A stretch of DNA of 64,000 nucleotides from Acanthaster planci. Its lineage: Eukaryota. Where the stretch lies: the NCBI RefSeq assembly GCF_001949145.1, contig NW_019091361.1, positions 853,452 to 917,451 on the forward strand, in the 5' to 3' direction. Under the pieces are notes generated by a model. It ran no database searches and was not told the DNA's origin. It saw nothing but the letters and a program-made list of their open reading frames with translations. Every line of letters begins with the position of its first letter. Positions within the stretch are counted from its first letter, which is position 1. This document shows, in pieces, positions 24,801 to 36,177 of this stretch. Position numbers and translations under genes: made by a program.

Positions 24801-27800
24801 TGGAATTTTATACATAAGTCAAACCAGATTAAAGAGCACCTCTAAGGAAAACACGTTTTCTGTGATTTTATCTGTTAAAATAATTTAATATGGAAGCATC
24901 AAAATCGCCGAATGCATGCAGAGTCATTTGTCTTCAGAGCTCAATTATAACAAGCTTAACAGGTCTTTTTTCTGTTCATGCCAAAATGCAAATTCTGCAC
25001 TTAGATTGCGTCATTCTGAAATAGAAAACGTGGGGAACCCTCGCCCTGTGTTCGTAGTGGACAATTCATTTGTGCACGCCAAACCATGGCCAAGGGTTTA
25101 TCCATTATGAACACCGGGCGAGGGTTCCCCTCGTTTTCTATAATTTCTCGGAATGACGCAATCTACATTCAGAATTTGCATCTTGGCATGAACAGAAAAA
25201 AAGCTTTTTAAGCTTGTTACAGTTGAGCTCTGAAGACAAGACACTACATTCGATTTGGATGCTTCCATATTTATTTGAAAAGATGAAATCAGAGAAAACG
25301 TGTTTTCGTTAGAGGTGCTCTTTAAAGCAGGTTGACAAACATTGTGCCGGCAATAAGCCGCCTGTACTGTATCCAAGGAAAGAGTAATCGTTATGCAGAA
25401 CAACGAACCAAATAACAATGCCAGCCAGCTTGAAGCAAGATGATAAGTGCTTGTAAAGTGAACGAGCAAACCCCACAGATAGCCAAGGAAAGTCACAACC
25501 ACCAACTATATCTTCCTTTTCCCGTGGCTCAAGGCTCTTGGTATCCATGACATCCAAAAGACGGAAGACCAACCAAACCACACATTCATCATTCTCACCG
25601 TCATCTTAGCTGTCTACTTCTTCTTCATCTTCGAGCGGGTGATGTCGCTGTGTCTTAAAGAAAAACCGTACGGACACGGCCATGTGCATTCCCGGCCTCG
25701 GCGAGAGGCAAGTCTGCATTTATATTGAAAGAAAAACCTTTCGAACATAATTTCACCCCAGTCAAAGATCTTTATTACCATCTGCTAATCTGGATTTAAT
25801 AGTATTAGGTGAAACAATTAACGAAAGGGCATTTTCGTACATGTTAATTGTCTAGCTTCCTACTTTTTCAGAGCAAATTTAAATGAAGGATCAATGTAGT
25901 AGTTGTAATATTAGGCCTACGTTACCAAGCAATTTGTGTAATCTTTATAATATTGTTAACAAAGTGTCCAAAGCTTTTCTTTCGGTTATGTCGGGCTTTA
26001 ATGATGAGATATAGCACATCAACATGATCATGGTCAACGAATGGTATTCCATTGCCCAAACAGAGCTATGTGTGTGGGGGTTTTTTTCACAGACTTTCGT
26101 TGATGAGAATAGCTGTGACATGCACGCTGATGCAATGATGGCAGTCGCCATGGAGAACCAAGATGACAAGAAGACAAATGAAACTGACGATGGACAGCAA
26201 GACGATAAGGAGGCAAGATAGGGGATATATAGATTTGCCACAATGGATGTAAAGTAGTGAAAGTGGAGCTCCTTTGCTACTGTAACCGGCCGCGTGGAAA
26301 TAACACGTGCCGATTGTTTAAAGGAAAGTTTTTACATGGACAGATAGACAGTTGCCGACACAAAATACATTTACCAGGGCCCTGACGAGGCAACGGGATT
26401 TCGAAAGAGGCCTAGTGTTAAGGATAGAACTACCACACTGTTTATTCCATTAATATCCCTCATATTACAATGTCATCCTTCTTAGTCGTTTCTTCTATAA
26501 AGGTGGAAGAAGAAATATCCACGGAAAAGAAAATGGACAAAGAAGAGGAAGTTTCCAAAGTCCAAAAACCACAACCAAGAATATTTGGTATGGCTTTCAG
26601 TTACATCTTCGGCCAAGAAGGTCAACTTGAAAAACAAAACAAACAAAACTAGAGTTTGTTAAGCGGTTCGTTTACTAGTTTGGTTCGGTAGCGCATACCA
26701 GCTTTGTGTCAAGTACAACAGTCGACGTTCTCATTTAGATGTCAAACAGCACGTTCGGTGATACCGACATCAAAGTAACTCAAACACATTATCAAAATAA
26801 CCCAAACATATTACTTAACCAACAGGTGAATGGGTTCAAGGAACAGACACTGCCGCAAATGAAAAATACCAGTAAAGTAGTGTTTCAGTCAACAAATAAC
26901 CAAAGTGCAATGGTAAGAAAAAAATAATCGCGAGGCGGCAAATGGAATGTGCCATTCATTCACTCGTTTAGCAGGAGAAAAACTATGGTTTCTTCTTGTA
27001 AAGAATATTTAGCTTTTTCCGGGTTTTTCTTTACCCTCGGTAGGTCTGAATATGCTGTCGATCATGGTGTTGATCGGAGACGCAGTTCATAACGTCACCG
27101 ATGGTATCACCATTGGTGTCTCTTTCGTCAAAGGTCCGTTCGTTGGTGCATCGACAACCATCGCTGTCTTCTTCCACGAGGTTCCGCACGAAGTTGGTAA
27201 GCGTCCCCAATCGGCATACATCCCGAGAGCAATGCTTTATCTTGAAAGGTGACTGAAGTTATATTGTCGGTGATCAATTTCAGGTGATTTTGCTGTGATG
27301 CTTCGGAATGGTGTTTCATTTCGGAAGGCCATGGTGTGCAGTCTGCTCAGTAATTTAGCAGGATTCGCTGGGCTGTACGCCGGGCTCCTTCTGGGCAGCG
27401 AAAACGTGGTTCAGAGGTGGATCTTCGCCGCTACAGCGGGGATGTTCCTCTATATAGCATTAGTCAGCCTGGTAGGTTTCCATATCAAAGCTCAACGTTC
27501 ATTAACATGAATGTGCTCACATATTCCAAACTGAATGTCAAGAAAATGGATAACAGTCCACGTACGGATAGCATTAGCAAACAATATCCTAAAATAAAAT
27601 TGAGTGCACTTATGATGACATTGCGCGTCTGGTGAGCCAGTAAATTGGCACATGTACAAGCCACCCTCAAGACCTCAGTATAGATCAAATTCTTACGTTC
27701 CTAATTGCTGCTTCACAACTTCACAGGTTCCAGAGATGAACCAACAGGCAGAGGAGGCTGATCACAAGCCCTGGAGGGTTTTCCTCAGGCATAACATCGG

Positions 27801-27849
27801 TCTACTACTGGGTTGGGCCATCATGTTGGCTCTTGGGGTATTCGAGTAG
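21900..27849 (+). CDS. LIV-1 subfamily ZIP zinc transporter (SLC39A, ZIP12/ZIP4-like), ~596 aa
   Basis: join(21900..22160,22418..22691,23130..23221,23894..24044,24583..24752,25534..25707,26093..26212,26503..26587,27044..27196,27284..27471,27727..27849) = 1791 nt in frame. Features: signal-peptide-like start, ectodomain CNE|CF, PAL-type motif [25 protein letters not shown], His loop GHGHVH, TM4 [12 protein letters not shown]5 [11 protein letters not shown], and [11 protein letters not shown]. Confidence 0.92.
24833..25321. mobile_element. Palindromic non-autonomous DNA element with TTAA target duplication (Kolobok-like), in ZIP intron 5
   Basis: TTAA|AGAGCACCTCTAA...TTAGAGGTGCTCT|TTAA, with inverted arms of ~230 bp around a short spacer. 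A TTAA target duplication with purine-purine termini fits Kolobok. Confidence 0.85.
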
Positions 27850-28511
27850 AACACTGAGAATTTATGTTAGACGTGCATTAGGCTGAACAAGTACTTGACG
27901 AAGTAGACCATTTTAACAGAGCTGATTGAGGTTAAAGCGGCATTCTTTTCAAACTGAATGACAACAGAGTTCGTGCATTCCGGTTTACAGTGAAAGAAAT
28001 CGCTTATTGTTTTAGTACTAGATTCTAAACATCTCGTTGGATTCATTTCGTCCAGAATGGACGGGAAAGTGTAAATGCAACGACTCGAGAAGAAGTCGAA
28101 AATGGGAAAACTATTGTTTGTACACACAAAGGCATCGAGGGAGAAGGGGGCAAGTGAAAATAAAAAAGAAAAAAATTGAAAAAAGCGACAGAAATGAGCG
28201 ATGAAAGAGGATTAAAATCGCCAATTTGCTTGAAAAAAATATAATATATATATATATAAAATATAATAATATTCCAGCCGTCGATTATTCAAGTCGCGAG
28301 TGCTTCCCGTTTTCGAAATTTCCCTCCTGAAAAAAGATGGTTTGCCTTCCCCCTGGCAAATCCTGGCGACGCCCATGTGTACATACATTATTAAGAAAGA
28401 ATTCAGAATGAGTTGCTCTGATCACATTTTCCTGTTTAATGACTTACAACTGTCTGGCCTTCCTGAGGGAACGGGAGAGGGCACTTTGTAAGCAACAACT
28501 TAACTTTGGAC

Positions 28512-28803
28512 CAAAGATCGTATAGCGCCGCCAAGCGGCGCAAGATGGAGACCTTCACCGTGAATACACGTAAAACGTTGTAATCGCATAGGCATCATTT
28601 GCGACAGGCATCATAGGCATCATAAGCGATACGCCTGCGCAACGCACATTAAAGCGCAGATGCCGCGGCAGACACGTACACCTGGTGGGCCTGCGCATTA
28701 CCGTGAACCGCGCAGGGGTATCGCTTGTTCAAATGGCGCCCACGGCGATTACACCTTTGGGCAAAGTTATCTATCTTGCGCCTTCGGCGCTATACTCTCT
28801 TTG
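28512..28803. mobile_element. hAT-like MITE with 8-bp target site duplication
   Basis: CTTTGGAC flanks both ends (28504-28511 and 28804-28811). The termini CAAAGATCGTATAGCGCCG.. and ..CGGCGCTATACTCTCTTTG are imperfect inverted repeats with CA...TG ends. Confidence 0.8.
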
Positions 28804-28887
28804 CTTTGGACCGATACTGCTGACCGATATGCACACTTGCTGGTTGGCGCGTGCTGTTTCTTGTTTATTCAGTCACCGAGTCTTTAA

Positions 28888-29045
28888 AGAACAACTCTAA
28901 GGAAACATGTTTCTATGAGTTTATCTGTTCAATAAATATGGAAGCATCCACATCGAACGCAATGTCATTTGTCTTCAGAGCTCATGTACATGTATAACAA
29001 GCTATGAACATGTTGAATATAGATTTGTTTTCCTTTAGTTGCTCT
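28888..29045. mobile_element. Internally deleted copy of the Kolobok-like element at 24833-25321
   Basis: TTAA|AGAACAACTCTAAGGAAAC...ATATGGAAGCATC...TGTCTTCAGAGCTC...TTAGTTGCTCT|TTAA. Confidence 0.8.
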
Positions 29046-29469
29046 TTAAGGACACTTTTTGGACAAAGGACTCACTAAATGGCTTCCTGCTGATTTCAGA
29101 AGCGTGTCTTTTTTTAAGTTTAAATACATTTTGTAATTAAAATACCGAGTTTGTAATGAAAACGAAAAAGGATTATTTCAATATCAAGCGAACTATCGAC
29201 AAAATTTATTTCATTCTTTTTAATAAAGTCTTTTACATTCGTTTTTGGATTATACCTTGAGAAATTACGACGGATTACATTTCATTTATAACATCGAACA
29301 CAAATTAAACTGGGCGTTTAATTGTCTAATTGACGTATACAATTTTATATTATGTTTATAAACAAGAATATAATACAACTACTCGTAAGAGGTTTTTACA
29401 ATAAATTTCCTTACAGCATTTTCCGCAAAGCCTTTACTGTTTTTTCAGTGAGGATGTTTTTTAGAAAAC

Positions 29470-29675
29470 NNNNNNNNNNNNNNNNNNNNNNNNNNNNNNN
29501 NNNNNNNNNNNNNNNNNNNNNNNNNNNNNNNNNNNNNNNNNNNNNNNNNNNNNNNNNNNNNNNNNNNNNNNNNNNNNNNNNNNNNNNNNNNNNNNNNNNN
29601 NNNNNNNNNNNNNNNNNNNNNNNNNNNNNNNNNNNNNNNNNNNNNNNNNNNNNNNNNNNNNNNNNNNNNNNNNNN
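29470..29675. other. Assembly gap (N run)
   Basis: Run of N. Confidence 1.
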
Positions 29676-30417
29676 TTCAACTTCCCCTCAATAAATAAAT
29701 AATGAGAATCTTTCAATAGAAATTAACAATGGTCAAGTGCTCTTTCATGCAAAAAAGCGAATTCTTTATAAACTGCGCATTAAAGTATTGTTTCTTTTAA
29801 TTTTCTAAAGTCTTGTTTCCCTAAAAGTTTCAGCACTTGGTTGCAGCATAACAAATGAACCTCCATCATCTACCTGAGTTGATTAAGATAAACCAAGAGC
29901 TAAAATCACAAGCGCATTATGTCTAAAGGGGATTCAAAACAGCCGCGAATTTTCGTGGGAATCGCATGAGTTGCATGCAACTCACATTAGCCCACACACC
30001 AACTGCCTGAACCATAAAATGAACCACAACTTTATTACTTCAAGTCAGAGCAATAATCTCACATCACTTAATCTAGAGTGCTGGAGTAAAACACACACAC
30101 ACACAAGAGAAGAAGGAATTCTTCTGTGGTTCAGTGAAATTAAGGCATGGAAAAAACACCAACACGGCTGAGTTTGAAGATAAATCAATCTCTCCCGAAT
30201 GGCTACGGTTTTATGCAAACAGCAAGATCTGATTGCAACTATTAAAATCCACAATGTTAGGGTCAAAATCCTGAAATCTGAAAAAGAAATGCTGAGAAAT
30301 CGACCTGTGGTTTTTTGTCACTAAAAACAAAGTCACAATACCCCCAATTTAAACAAGAGAACGTGTGAAGCTATAATGTACCATGAAATCTGGAAATTTT
30401 TGTGTGAGTTACTCCTA

Positions 30418-31191
30418 TTAATTCAAGTCAGGTTTAATCATGTCAAGATATGATGGTAACTTGGTTGGCATGGCTTCGGCATTAGGCCGGAAATTTCGAA
30501 ACTTGACCCTGTTACGTCTGGACAGTGCATCAGCAGCCTGGTGAAAGGGGTTATGCTTCTTAACTCTTGAATAAATTGGTTTCACTTCCAAATGCATTCC
30601 ATAGTTGTGGGCCCTTTCTTTTATCTTCGATACCAATATCCTGATGCTCTCCTTTGACTTACAAGCATTGTTAACGCCCTGCACTACACCGCTATGATCA
30701 CAGTAAAAGTGAACATGGTGGGCCGCCAGGCTTGGCCCAAAGGCTTCAATGCCACACAAAACTGCATAGGTTTCATAAAACAAGGTATTGCCACTGTATA
30801 TCTTGTAGCACTCTTCAGTCCAGCGACCGCTCGCCCATCTGTTTCCCAAGACACAGCCAAAACCATAAAGGGGATGTGCATCTGAGTATATACTAATTGG
30901 CTCTTTACAAACAGTCTGAAGCCTGCGCCCCTGCTCTTGACATACTATGACATTATTGTCAGGGTTCAAAAGAGATAACTCGACCATTCTCCTACACTGC
31001 AGACTGCCTACACTGTGGATCCGCCTCTTGAGGGTTGCTAGATTCGGTTGATACAAGTATGCCAACTCTGTTTTCCAGTTCTCTAGAGAGGACAGTAGCC
31101 GTCTGTCAGGGGAGTGGCAAACAACAGTGGCGCATCTTGAGCCAGCGCTGGACAGCATACTCCGGACCTTCCTTGCTTGTTGAGACCACAT
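30418..31191 (-). CDS. Intronless stand-alone RNase H of DIRS/Ngaro retroelement type (257 aa from the first ATG)
   Basis: Uninterrupted ORF containing IYSDAHPLYGFGCVLGNRWASGRW, LFYETYAVL, VHFYCDHSGVV and AADALSRRNRVKFRNFRPNAEAMPTKLP. This gives the D-E-D-D catalytic set and a C-terminal tail typical of DIRS/Ngaro RT-RNase H ORFs. No RT core or tyrosine recombinase is adjacent. Confidence 0.8.
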   Translation of the reverse strand: MWSQQARKVRSMLSSAGSRCATVVCHSPDRRLLSSLENWKTELAYLYQPNLATLKRRIHSVGSLQCRRMVELSLLNPDNNVIVCQEQGRRLQTVCKEPISIYSDAHPLYGFGCVLGNRWASGRWTEECYKIYSGNTLFYETYAVLCGIEAFGPSLAAHHVHFYCDHSGVVQGVNNACKSKESIRILVSKIKERAHNYGMHLEVKPIYSRVKKHNPFHQAADALSRRNRVKFRNFRPNAEAMPTKLPSYLDMIKPDLN

Positions 31192-31292
31192 TGGGGTAGA
31201 TTCGTTTGATGTCACAGTGACTGGTATTAAGGCTACGGATTACCAAACTGCCTCCAGGTAGAGATGACTCGATGGTGGAGCTGAACAGTCTT

Positions 31293-34200
31293 TCAGTCAA
31301 TGGAATTCTGTTCGTACTCTGCAAGAACTCTCTGGAATAATTCCTCGTCCACACGGTGTTTCATCAGGAACTTGCCGTTGAAATGGAAGACTGGGATGTC
31401 ATAGCGATATCTGGCTAAGTACTCCCTGTTCTCCGGCTCGGTGATGTAAACCTCCTCCAGAGCAAACTGAAAATGTGAGAGTCACGATTCTAGTCTAGTT
31501 TGTCCCAATTTGGAAAAGATACCTTGTTAATAATTCGGACTTGGCAGCTGACCTTGTTACAACGGAAACGTTGTATTATCAGGAATGAAAACAATCAAGA
31601 ACGAAGACTTTGGAACCTAAAAAATTTCCCTGTTCAAAGCAAAATTTTGTATGAACAGTGCTCTTATTAACAAGGTTGGAATGTAATAGTGCAAAGTACT
31701 GATACAAATCACACTCAGGTACTGATATGCTCACGGCAAGTTAAGCCGACCTGAAAATCTTAAGTTGAGCAACAAAAGCATCTACAAGTATCCTATTTGA
31801 AATTAAAAAAAACTTACCCACTTGCTCATAAATAGGTTATATGTTGTAACAGTTAAATCAATGCACAGCCAGTGATAAAGTTCTTAACTAAGCTCTGCTG
31901 CTTGTACCCTGATATGGTTTAAATTGTTACATTTTCATGGTTTTAGTACATGTACATCTCTTATATAGGATGCCTACTAAGACAAACATGAGTCACGGGA
32001 AGTGTTTACAACGCACTAAGCACTGTATTGCACAGAGGGGGAATCCCCATTTAAATGTTGACATTTCGGCAACAGATTCCTTTTTTAAACCAATATCGTG
32101 ACAAACTTAATACGTGGAGAGACATGAATCTGTGAATACTGCCATTGTGAAAAATTTGCACTTCAGGTGCCAAGGGAAAGAGTGACTTTGCACCTTGTCA
32201 AATGCTCCATTGGTAGTGGGTTGCAATGACCATGATCTACCTTTAACAGACAATTGAGGAAGTGTCTAAATTCATGTGTGGGCGACACCATAGCACATAC
32301 ATGGTACAAATAATGTACTTTTTTCAATCACATGTGGGGGTCGTATCAATTTCCTGTGTTGTACTCTGAAATGCTACACTCTGCTTTCTGCCACATCTGA
32401 AGAGCTTACATTTTTTTAACACAAGTCATCGCTGTTTTCGTTAAGAGACACACATGTGGATTTGAAAGACAAGCTGGTTGTGGAGATAATCACAACAAAT
32501 GTTTCTTTATTTAGAAAAAATCAAAATTGCAAAAACTAATACTTTGCAACAACTTCAAGTACCATGAGAACAGTGGTAAGGAAATCTATGAATCATTCTC
32601 TGAAAGGTAAACTTTTACATGAGCCCAGTAATTGGAATGAACGTAGTGGTTAATTAGCAAAGATGGGTATCCCTTCAAGAAAATGAAAATCCTCATTTTC
32701 CTACATTCTGGCCCTTGTGTTCAATGTGTTTTAACACGGGGAAGACGCACCCATGTACAATGTGCATGTATGTAATAAGGATGTATGTCCATACAGCTCA
32801 TGAAAACAAAAATCAAGTCAAGTGTATGATGTGTTCAAATTAACGATAAAATGGAAATACAAAATTCTTATCTTTTCATTTCCTCTTTATGAAATTGGAG
32901 ACGAAATGTAAAAATATCAGGATGGGGGTGCGGGGGGGTATGCATTTATACAGTTATTAGAAGAGAGGTGTCTTCACCCTCATCTTACTGTCGTTGCAAC
33001 TGTAATTTCAAGAGATGAAGCGACGATTACCTGTCAAGGAAAAACTTCTTCCTGCCATTGTCATACTGAGGTTAACCAACGTGATTTTCACAATGAAAAC
33101 CAAGTTCCAACAACATGTTACTCAGTTATTAGGTGGGTTCTGTTTAGTTTAGAGACACTGATCAATGTTGCTAATGCTATGTCATTGTCTTCCTGTTTGG
33201 GTCAGTTTGAACTGAAGTGAACACCATCAAGGCGCCGGTGCACATTTGTTGAAAATTTCTTTGTCTCAGACTGAGAGAACATTAAAATCACAGGGAAGTA
33301 TCTTCTGACTGTACTTGCAGAGGACAGATTTTGAAGCTGTTTTGCTGAGCGATGTGTTTTGTTTGAAGTCAACTGAGAGGACATGAGAGGAAATGTCAAA
33401 TTTAAACTTGGGAGGGAAACCGCAGTAACATTCTGAGGGAGACCTTGTTACTAGTGGGAAAAAAAACACAGAACAATGTGTAAATATTGATCAACTACAT
33501 GTATGTCGACCACACAATCCCCCAAGTGATTTTACACTATACTGCATTTAACTGCAAAGATGAATCACATTCACGTAAAATCACGTAACATGATTATTTA
33601 ACAGGGCATTGGTTATTGTTACCCGTATCATGACTAACATTGCAGCTTCTCTTCATATTTAAAAAAAAATCATTATTTGGGAGTTCACTTCCGCCAACAG
33701 AATGCTCAAGAGTAGAAAACAAATATATCGATAAGGGTGGCAAACAAATCTAGCGATCTGGTGATGTCACAACACTGCTCTAGTCCTCCAGAGACTCTTG
33801 ACCTGGCGGCCATAATAGGGGGCTTTATAGCTCAAGCACGGAGAAAAACCAGGTAAAGTAAGTTAGATGTCATTCTCGGCAAGTGACCATGCCATCTGCT
33901 TGATATTCATCAGGGGGTTACTCCAGTTCAAATTGGGATGGCTGATTTTTATTATACAATCCAGTGTTGAGCAACACTGTTGATGGGAAAGTATTTCAAA
34001 GTCACTGTCACTGCCTGACACTGTTTAATTCAAGCTTAAGTGGGAGCGAGCACAGCGCTCACGCATGCGGGCGCATTCATCCCGAAATAATGATACAGTC
34101 GTTGCAGAGCCGTAATGTGGCATTATCAAACCAGGTTTCAATTGGATGCTAATGACGACTTTTGTTTTCATTTTGCCTGATGCATGGATGAAGGACTTCA

Positions 34201-36177
34201 ACTCATGCTTTTGACGTCAGTAGCAATCTTAGTTTTTACATAAAAGATAATATAACTAAATTTCATAAAAAGTGAAATTGTGAATTACAAATGTGATTGA
34301 TTTTTAACACCTGCTCACTGACATCCATGTTAAAGTCAGAAATGCCCATTGACATAATTCTGTAGTACCAATAGGCTGATATCCTGAATGGGTATGCGAG
34401 GGGAGGATTCATTGGGTTACCAATGATTATAAAACAAAAAATAAGAACATGTCTCACCCTGCCAGTGTATTTCTGTAAAACTCCTTTAGCATCATCACAC
34501 AGTGGGCAGTTGTCCTACCAGAGTGAAAGAAAATAAAAAGTAATGATAATGTTTTATTATTTATTCATTTTTATGTTTTGACACACGTTAAAGAACAACA
34601 TTTGGATTTGCTTTTGTACCCTAACCTATTGACAGACATACATACATGTACTATAACATAGGACAATACAAGACATGAACATGTTTTGGCAATGATACAC
34701 ATACGGACGAACACTGACAGGCAGGAGACAATACAACACATCAAAATCCAAGTCTAGTCAATACAGGTGATGTATTCAGAAAGTATTAGATTTTTCAACT
34801 TCAGAGCAAATGTTAAAGTGGGCACTGCTTTTATAATTTCATTCAGGCTATTCCAGTATTGGACACCGCATTGTACAAGACTATTTCTGTGTGGGAAGAT
34901 GTCGATGAATATTATTAAATCAGGGTAATGCCACCGTCTTGAGTGATCCACATCCTCTACACAAAGCCACATGGGAAAAAAAGAGGACCAAAAAATTGAA
35001 CTTATAAATAAGAGTACCATCTCTCACAAAATCACACCAACACACTAACAAGCAAAACTAAAACAATAAATTCAATAATGCAAGTTTTTTGCAATTTTTG
35101 TCCCAATTTGCAGTAGACATGTACTAGTACATGTACATACTGTATGTACAAACCACCATCATGGGCCTTCATTTTTAAGCACTCACTTGAATGTAAAGAC
35201 AAATACATACACGAATATGTAGATACCACAACATTTGGCAAATGAAAAGTTCCACACAAGGTGTGTCTGTGTCATGTCCTGTGAATCTATGACACGAGGC
35301 CATTGCCCTTGCCCACGTTTGTGGTAAATGGAATGGTGAGCCATACATGCTGGGATGCCAACATAAACATGATCTCGTACCTCACAGTACTGTGTCAAAA
35401 CAATGATGAGTTGGCAATGGTTGATACGGCAAAAAACGCAAACATATGCCACAAAGCGTTTCGCCTTTTACGCAATGACTGAGTGGGAAATGTAGGAAAG
35501 AACGAAACAAAGGGTCTTTGAAGCCTCAACTACATGTAATGTTAAAACTTTAACAATTGACAAGTGACTGCTTTTGTTTTTGAAATTCTGGAAAAGGCTG
35601 ATACTTTTGAAAAGGAAAAAAAAAAGGTACTTAATGAAGCAATGCACAACCGAATAGGGAGAAACTGACATAGAAAGTACTGGGACATCAACTTTCAGTC
35701 TGCCCTCTATTAAGATCAACTGAGCTGCTCTGGTGGGATTTCAAGCTATTCATGGTGACAGATAACTAAGATGGAAAACTTGCGGTAAACACCATGCAAT
35801 ATCTCTTTTTTGAGTCTGTGTGGTTCTGATCAGATCACGCAGTAACCACTGTTGCACCACAGCTGTGGCAACTGTGCATATACATGTACATGTAGTACAG
35901 CAGCTGGGTCAGCTAAACTATAATTGGGACTGATCTTATAGTTGGACTAAAACAATCTTGCAGTTGTACAAATAAGGCACAGAAAAGGTTGGCTGTCCAA
36001 TTTCACCCTATGCAGTTTGTAACAGCCCTAAAGCCCTACCTTGGTGAACAGGGTTAAGGTTGGCACCTTCGTGTGACTGGAGAAAGCAGTGCAGGACACG
36101 AGGATGTATTTGTTAGCACATTGATATACCAATGGTGCTAGCACTGCCAACTTCTGCGGACTGACACAGACAGCCAT
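31293..36177 (-). CDS. C5orf63: Glutaredoxin-like protein, C5orf63/YDR286C family (~122 aa)
   Basis: complement(join(31293..31466,34458..34514,36040..36177)), both introns phase 0 GT-AG. Protein: MAVCVSPQK...VPTLTLFTK|DNCPLCDDAKGVLQKYTGR|FALEEVYITEPENREYLARYRYDIPVFHFNGKFLMKHRVDEELFQRVL..., with a CxxC motif and the DIPV cis-Pro motif. Confidence 0.92.
34550..34900 (-). mobile_element. 3' end fragment of a LINE (L2/CR1 group)
   Basis: Minus-strand translation RNSLVQCGVQYWNSLNEIIKAVPTLTFALKLKNLIL resembles the ORF2 C-terminal 'G..WNSL...K......FK..LK' motif. An A-rich AATAAAT tail lies at ~34550-34575. Confidence 0.55.

Noticed and set aside
31106..31354. 82-aa ORF bridging C5orf63 and the RNase H ORF as a possible frameshift fusion
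   Set aside because: It lies in the third frame, so a fusion would need two successive frameshifts. No slippery site is evident, and the RNase H frame is closed by TAA at 31242-31240.
31220..34458. Alternative splicing of C5orf63 exon 2 onto the AG at 31222-31221 to make a glutaredoxin-RNase H fusion
   Set aside because: The C5orf63 introns are phase 0, while this acceptor enters the RNase H frame in phase 1, so the product would be out of frame.
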